DNA of 64,000 nucleotides from Pseudomonadota bacterium (GTDB lineage Bacteria; Pseudomonadota; Alphaproteobacteria; Rhizobiales; JACESI01): NCBI GenBank assembly GCA_039180865.1, contig JBCDCZ010000002.1, positions 2,196 to 66,195 of the forward strand, read 5' to 3'. Shown piece by piece: positions 59,856 to 64,000 of this stretch (position 1 is its first letter; each line of letters starts with the position of its first letter). The notes under the pieces were generated by a model. It saw only the letters and a program-made list of their open reading frames with translations, ran no database searches and was not told where the DNA came from. The position numbers and the translations under genes were made by a program.

Positions 59856-60920
59856 TCAACTGCCATATCCCGGGTGACCCTCGCGCCAATATGCAACGCT
59901 AAGCTGCTTATCTTTTCCAAGACCAAGATCCTGCTTGAAAAAGGTCCGAGCCGCTTGGGCGCATCCAAATTCTCCAGCAAAAAAACCAAAGCCAGGCTGC
60001 TTCTGGTTCATGAGCTCTTGCAGTTGTTTCATGAGTATTTCTGGATCGTTTTCGGGTGCGCTCTGTATCTCGAAACCGGTCATGGGAGGCAGATAATCAG
60101 AGAGCCTGAAGTCGTGCGGACAGCAAACTAAAATATCGCCGACGGCGGTGTCAGGTATGGTCTTAAGGAGCCTCGTCAGCGAGCCAAGACCTGTCATATC
60201 CACACAAATCAGGTAGCGGTCGGCCGGGGGTAAAGCATTGATCCCGGCAGGTCCCATTGCTCCGACCTGCTCGCCGCGCTTGGCGCAGCCCGCCCATTTC
60301 GAAATCAAACCGTCTCCATGGCTCACAATATCCAATGAAACCTCGTCATTTGCAGGATCAAACGCCGACACCGTCACAAATCTCACATGCAACAGGTCAT
60401 CGCCTTTCGGCCAGACCGGCGTCCCATTAGCCGCCATGGTCGGCCAGACCGGAAGCCGATGAACGCTCTGTGGCATCATCAGGCGCAAATGGATCCCATC
60501 ACCCATGTGATCTGAAAAACCGGGAAAGGCGAGCGTCACCCTCACCAGATTTCGATGCAGTTCAACCCGGTTGCGGACCGTGAGGACATGAAAATTCGGA
60601 GGCAATGCACCGACTTTTGCCATTTCACCTGTCCAGCGCAGGTTGCGGGCAGCATTTTCGTCAACTTCGGCAACATGCTCTGCAATTTCTTCTTTAAAGA
60701 AACCGAGCGCGGCCGGATTCGGCGCCTTTATGGCGAACCGTATACTTACATCCGAGACATGAAAATCAACGCGAAATGCGTTGTGCTCGATGTATCGGAC
60801 GCCATCGTCATCGACCTGCATCGTCATGTCATGGTCGCGTTTAAGATGGTCGACAAAATTGTCGAGAATTTTTGCGGCAGATTGGGTTTCAACCTGGGCC
60901 TCGGTATAAGAACTGGTCAA
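59856..60920 (-). CDS. Siderophore-interacting protein (FAD-binding reductase) with N-terminal DUF2218-like domain
   Basis: LVRVTL, HLRLMMP, VGAMGP, FFAGE, VAYWR; parallels the C-terminal half of 49977-52232. Confidence 0.88.
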   Translation of the reverse strand: MTSSYTEAQVETQSAAKILDNFVDHLKRDHDMTMQVDDDGVRYIEHNAFRVDFHVSDVSIRFAIKAPNPAALGFFKEEIAEHVAEVDENAARNLRWTGEMAKVGALPPNFHVLTVRNRVELHRNLVRVTLAFPGFSDHMGDGIHLRLMMPQSVHRLPVWPTMAANGTPVWPKGDDLLHVRFVTVSAFDPANDEVSLDIVSHGDGLISKWAGCAKRGEQVGAMGPAGINALPPADRYLICVDMTGLGSLTRLLKTIPDTAVGDILVCCPHDFRLSDYLPPMTGFEIQSAPENDPEILMKQLQELMNQKQPGFGFFAGEFGCAQAARTFFKQDLGLGKDKQLSVAYWREGHPGYGS

Positions 60921-61133
60921 TTTTTACCCCCAACGCCTGTCTCACGACGACCCTTGGTCCATGGTGAAGGCTACCCGCGCCCACAACGCAAACTGCGCGA
61001 AACCTGACGTCCCAATCCTTGGTTTTCCGAGAAACTGGCCGTCTTAACAGATTGCCCCGCGATAACGAAAACGGGGCCGTACTCGCGTTTATTACCTATC
61101 GAAAATCATTTGGATCAAGCTGCCATTTTAAAA

Positions 61134-61153
61134 TATGATAATTTTAGTCAAGA
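61134..61153. promoter_or_regulatory. Second iron-responsive operator-like box (TGA-N9-TCA)
   Basis: TATGATAATTTTAGTCAAGA upstream of araC, in the SIP/araC divergent spacer. Confidence 0.65.
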
Positions 61154-61210
61154 TATAAAGGCGATGCGGTCTGTCGCCGGAAAAGTACGCCAGAATTCAG
61201 GAAGCAGGAT

Positions 61211-62167
61211 GTGAGCGAGCCTAAATTTCCAACCACTATCGACGAAACGAATTTCGATGAATTCGAGTCGGTCGTTTCACTGGAAACACTATCCGTGCGG
61301 ACGGGAGAGAATGACCCGATCGCAGCCGGTACGATGCATTTCGTGCAACCGAACGATATGACGGCAATCCTGGTCATGGAGATAACAGGTGTGCGGCCGT
61401 TTGAAACAACGATGGAGGCCGAGCCCGGATTGGTCCTTGAACTGCGCCTTGCCGGAGAAACAACGTCGATTAAATGCGGAGCTGATTCCACAGAATATAT
61501 CGATAAAGCAGGCGACCTTATCTTGCGAGGATCCCGCGATAAAACGCGGTGGCACGTGCATGGAACTCAACAATCGCTCCTGCGTTCCGTAAATATTCGA
61601 TTTCATAAAGAATACTTTAGAGGCCTTATGAGTAGAGCGCCTTCACTCTCCATCTGGGGACTTCAGACAATAAACTCTGAGCTCAACAGGACGTTTTGCA
61701 TTTCGCCAGTTCTTCACGTCTATGCGCAAAGAATGTTTGAGCTTGCGAAAACAAAATCTGGCGAAAACGACCTTTTAATTGAAGCCATTTCCATGCAGAT
61801 TCTCCACATGATCTGGAAGACGGCAAAGGTCGAAGCCGGGACAACACAAAACGGCAAAGCCATTTCCATTGCAGCCTATGCCTCCGATATGATTGACAGC
61901 CACCCTACGGTTAAATTGAGCATTCGCGATGTATCGAAAGCGTGCCGGGTCAGCGAGACAAATCTGAAGAAGCAGTTCCAGGCCAAATACGGCGTCTCGA
62001 TCGGGCGATACATGCGAACAAAACGCATGGAAAGAGCGGCTGAAATGCTGCAGGGGGACAGTGTGATTTCAGAGGTTGCGACGATACTCGGCTATAGCAG
62101 TCCGGAAGCATTCGCACGTGCTTTTCGCCAGCATTTTGGTTGTTCCCCGAGCGCATTTCAGAACTAA
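61211..62167 (+). CDS. AraC-family regulator (PchR/YbtA-like)
   Basis: SETNLKKQF...YG.SI..Y.R..RME.A; VA..LGYSS..AFARAFR.HFG.SPS. Confidence 0.9.
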   Translation: MSEPKFPTTIDETNFDEFESVVSLETLSVRTGENDPIAAGTMHFVQPNDMTAILVMEITGVRPFETTMEAEPGLVLELRLAGETTSIKCGADSTEYIDKAGDLILRGSRDKTRWHVHGTQQSLLRSVNIRFHKEYFRGLMSRAPSLSIWGLQTINSELNRTFCISPVLHVYAQRMFELAKTKSGENDLLIEAISMQILHMIWKTAKVEAGTTQNGKAISIAAYASDMIDSHPTVKLSIRDVSKACRVSETNLKKQFQAKYGVSIGRYMRTKRMERAAEMLQGDSVISEVATILGYSSPEAFARAFRQHFGCSPSAFQN

Positions 62168-62274
62168 ACTGTTAGATTTAATGCCGTAAATGATAGGCCC
62201 ACTCGATAGACACCGGGTTTTACCGCCTGCATTCATACTCTCCGCAGGTGTTACTTGGGAACGGTGGGGACGAC

Positions 62275-64000
62275 ATGCGTTTGGGGAAACAGACGAGAAC
62301 TATACTTGGCATTCTTTTGTGCTCAACAGCCTTGGCGCAGGGGGTCGGCGCACAAACAAACGATATTGAATTGAAACCAATCACTATTACCGGTGAGCGG
62401 GTCGAGCGCACGGTCTTCGAGACGCCGTCTTCAGTTGTAGCCATACCGGGCGAAGACCTGGATGAAACTCCGGCGATACAGAATGTCGAAGATGTGTTGG
62501 AGGATATTCCGAATGTTACGGTCTTCGGCGCCTCGAACGAAGGACCAGTGATCCGCGGTCTCCAGACGGGCGGTCCTCTATCCGGCGCTCCGTCTTTTCT
62601 GGCCGGAACGTTACCACGCGCCGTTTTGACCATCGACGGCCGGATTTTGAGTTTCAGCGAATTCATCTTCGGAACGAGCTCTGTCTACGATCTGGAGCGC
62701 ATAGAAGTCTTTCGCGGACCGCAAACCACTTCGCAAGGCACCAACGCGATTGCTGGTGCTTTTTACATAACGACAAAAGATCCGACCTATGACCTTGAGT
62801 TTTCAAGCCGCGCACGGGCAAGCAACTTTGACGGCTTTCAAGGTTCGGCGCATGTCAATGTCCCGCTCGTTCAGAACGAACTCGCGTTCAGGGCAGCGTT
62901 CGACTATCGCCAACGCGATACATTTATTGAACTTGATACCCCGGGACAGTTGCTGATCGATGAGGTGTTCCGGTTTGAGCAGCTTACCGGCCGAGCCAAA
63001 TTGCTTTGGGAACCGGTCGCCATTCCGGACTTACAGGCAAAGCTGACCTACTCACACACCGAGACAAGCTCACCGCAAACCGAGCTGGTTGACGAACCAT
63101 TCGAGGAACTCACGCGCACGACCAATCCCGACCCCTCGGCCTTCACGACCGAAGCCGACACAATCATCGCCGATGTCACTTACGATTTTTCCGACAATGT
63201 GTCATTGACCAGCAAATTTTATTGGTCGCAATTCGATTCCGCGCGACTGGTCGCCGATCCGAATACGGGTGCAGCGGAAATCGCCGGTAATGACTTCACA
63301 AACGATACCCGTTTGAATTTCAGCCTTCTGGACGGTCGCCTGACAGGCGTGTCCGGGCTTTATCTGCGCCTTGTCGAACAGGACGAACTCTTCGTGTTCA
63401 CCCAAACGCTGACAGATATTGAAGATCTTCGGACAGCTTTGGGGATCTATTTCGAATCCACCTATCAATTTACCGACCGGTTCGACGCAACGGCTGGTGT
63501 CAGATATCAGCTCGACAGGCAGGAGCGCGAAGGGGTCGCATTCGGAGGTGCTCCGTTTGCTGTCGATCTGGACTTCGATGAGCAATTCGATGCACTCCTG
63601 CCGAAATTCGCCGTTGGGTACAATGTCAACGACGACCTTCGAATTGGCGGGATCGTTTCACGTGGCTTCAATCCGGGTGGCGTCAACATAAGTCTCAACA
63701 CGCTGTTCTTCGGCCAACCTAACCCGTTCTTTGAATTCGATGAGGAAACGCTTTGGAATTTCGAGTTGTTCGCGCGGGCGAGATTGTTTGATAATCGTCT
63801 TGCGCTCGATACAAACGTGTTCTTTACGGATTTCGACGATACGCAGCGCGCTTCCACGACAATTCTGCCGACCGGCATCCCTGACACGATTGTTCTGAAT
63901 GCGGAAGATGCACGCAGTTTCGGATTGGAAACGGCGGCAAAGTTTCAGGCGACGGACCGGCTGAAACTTTCAGGGTCCCTTGGATTGATATCGACGGAGT
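62275..64000 (+). CDS. TonB-dependent receptor 2 (FyuA-like), runs off window end; absent from the ORF track
   Basis: My translation from ATG 62275: MRLGKQTRTILGILLCSTALAQGVGAQTNDIELKPITITGERVERTVFETPSSV; later IEVFRGPQTTSQGTNAIAGA plug motif. Confidence 0.9.
   Translation, partial: MRLGKQTRTILGILLCSTALAQGVGAQTNDIELKPITITGERVERTVFETPSSVVAIPGEDLDETPAIQNVEDVLEDIPNVTVFGASNEGPVIRGLQTGGPLSGAPSFLAGTLPRAVLTIDGRILSFSEFIFGTSSVYDLERIEVFRGPQTTSQGTNAIAGAFYITTKDPTYDLEFSSRARASNFDGFQGSAHVNVPLVQNELAFRAAFDYRQRDTFIELDTPGQLLIDEVFRFEQLTGRAKLLWEPVAIPDLQAKLTYSHTETSSPQTELVDEPFEELTRTTNPDPSAFTTEADTIIADVTYDFSDNVSLTSKFYWSQFDSARLVADPNTGAAEIAGNDFTNDTRLNFSLLDGRLTGVSGLYLRLVEQDELFVFTQTLTDIEDLRTALGIYFESTYQFTDRFDATAGVRYQLDRQEREGVAFGGAPFAVDLDFDEQFDALLPKFAVGYNVNDDLRIGGIVSRGFNPGGVNISLNTLFFGQPNPFFEFDEETLWNFELFARARLFDNRLALDTNVFFTDFDDTQRASTTILPTGIPDTIVLNAEDARSFGLETAAKFQATDRLKLSGSLGLISTE

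Overview
Accessory region of an alphaproteobacterium (gene content suggests a marine Hyphomicrobiales/Rhodobacterales organism; this is inference). No rRNA, tRNA, CRISPR, phage or IS element was recognised. Most of the window is a chain of small divergent regulator-plus-enzyme cassettes (6 LysR, 3 AraC, 2 TetR, MarR, HxlR, Rrf2, XRE, ECF sigma/anti-sigma) controlling SDRs, RidA proteins, SnoaL proteins and metallo-beta-lactamase folds. Four things stand out. (1) At 19.9-22.8 kb, an orphan CesT-like chaperone precedes a 756-aa Asn-rich protein with repeated EPIYA-like Tyr motifs and a C-terminal CheD-like Cys-His deamidase domain, a candidate type III effector. (2) At 53.9-58.5 kb, an Rrf2/COG0523/DUF1826 operon carries a class III formaldehyde dehydrogenase that has lost three of its four structural-zinc cysteines, next to a Tat-exported cyclase with a Zur-like box. 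(3) Two AraC/TonB-receptor siderophore-uptake cassettes share a TGA-N9-TCA box; in one the MFS permease and siderophore reductase are fused, in the other they are separate genes. (4) A large RTX protein carries a downstream beta-helix glycoside hydrolase module, and a bacterial delta-class carbonic anhydrase is present. All assignments come from motif recognition by eye; no database searches were run.
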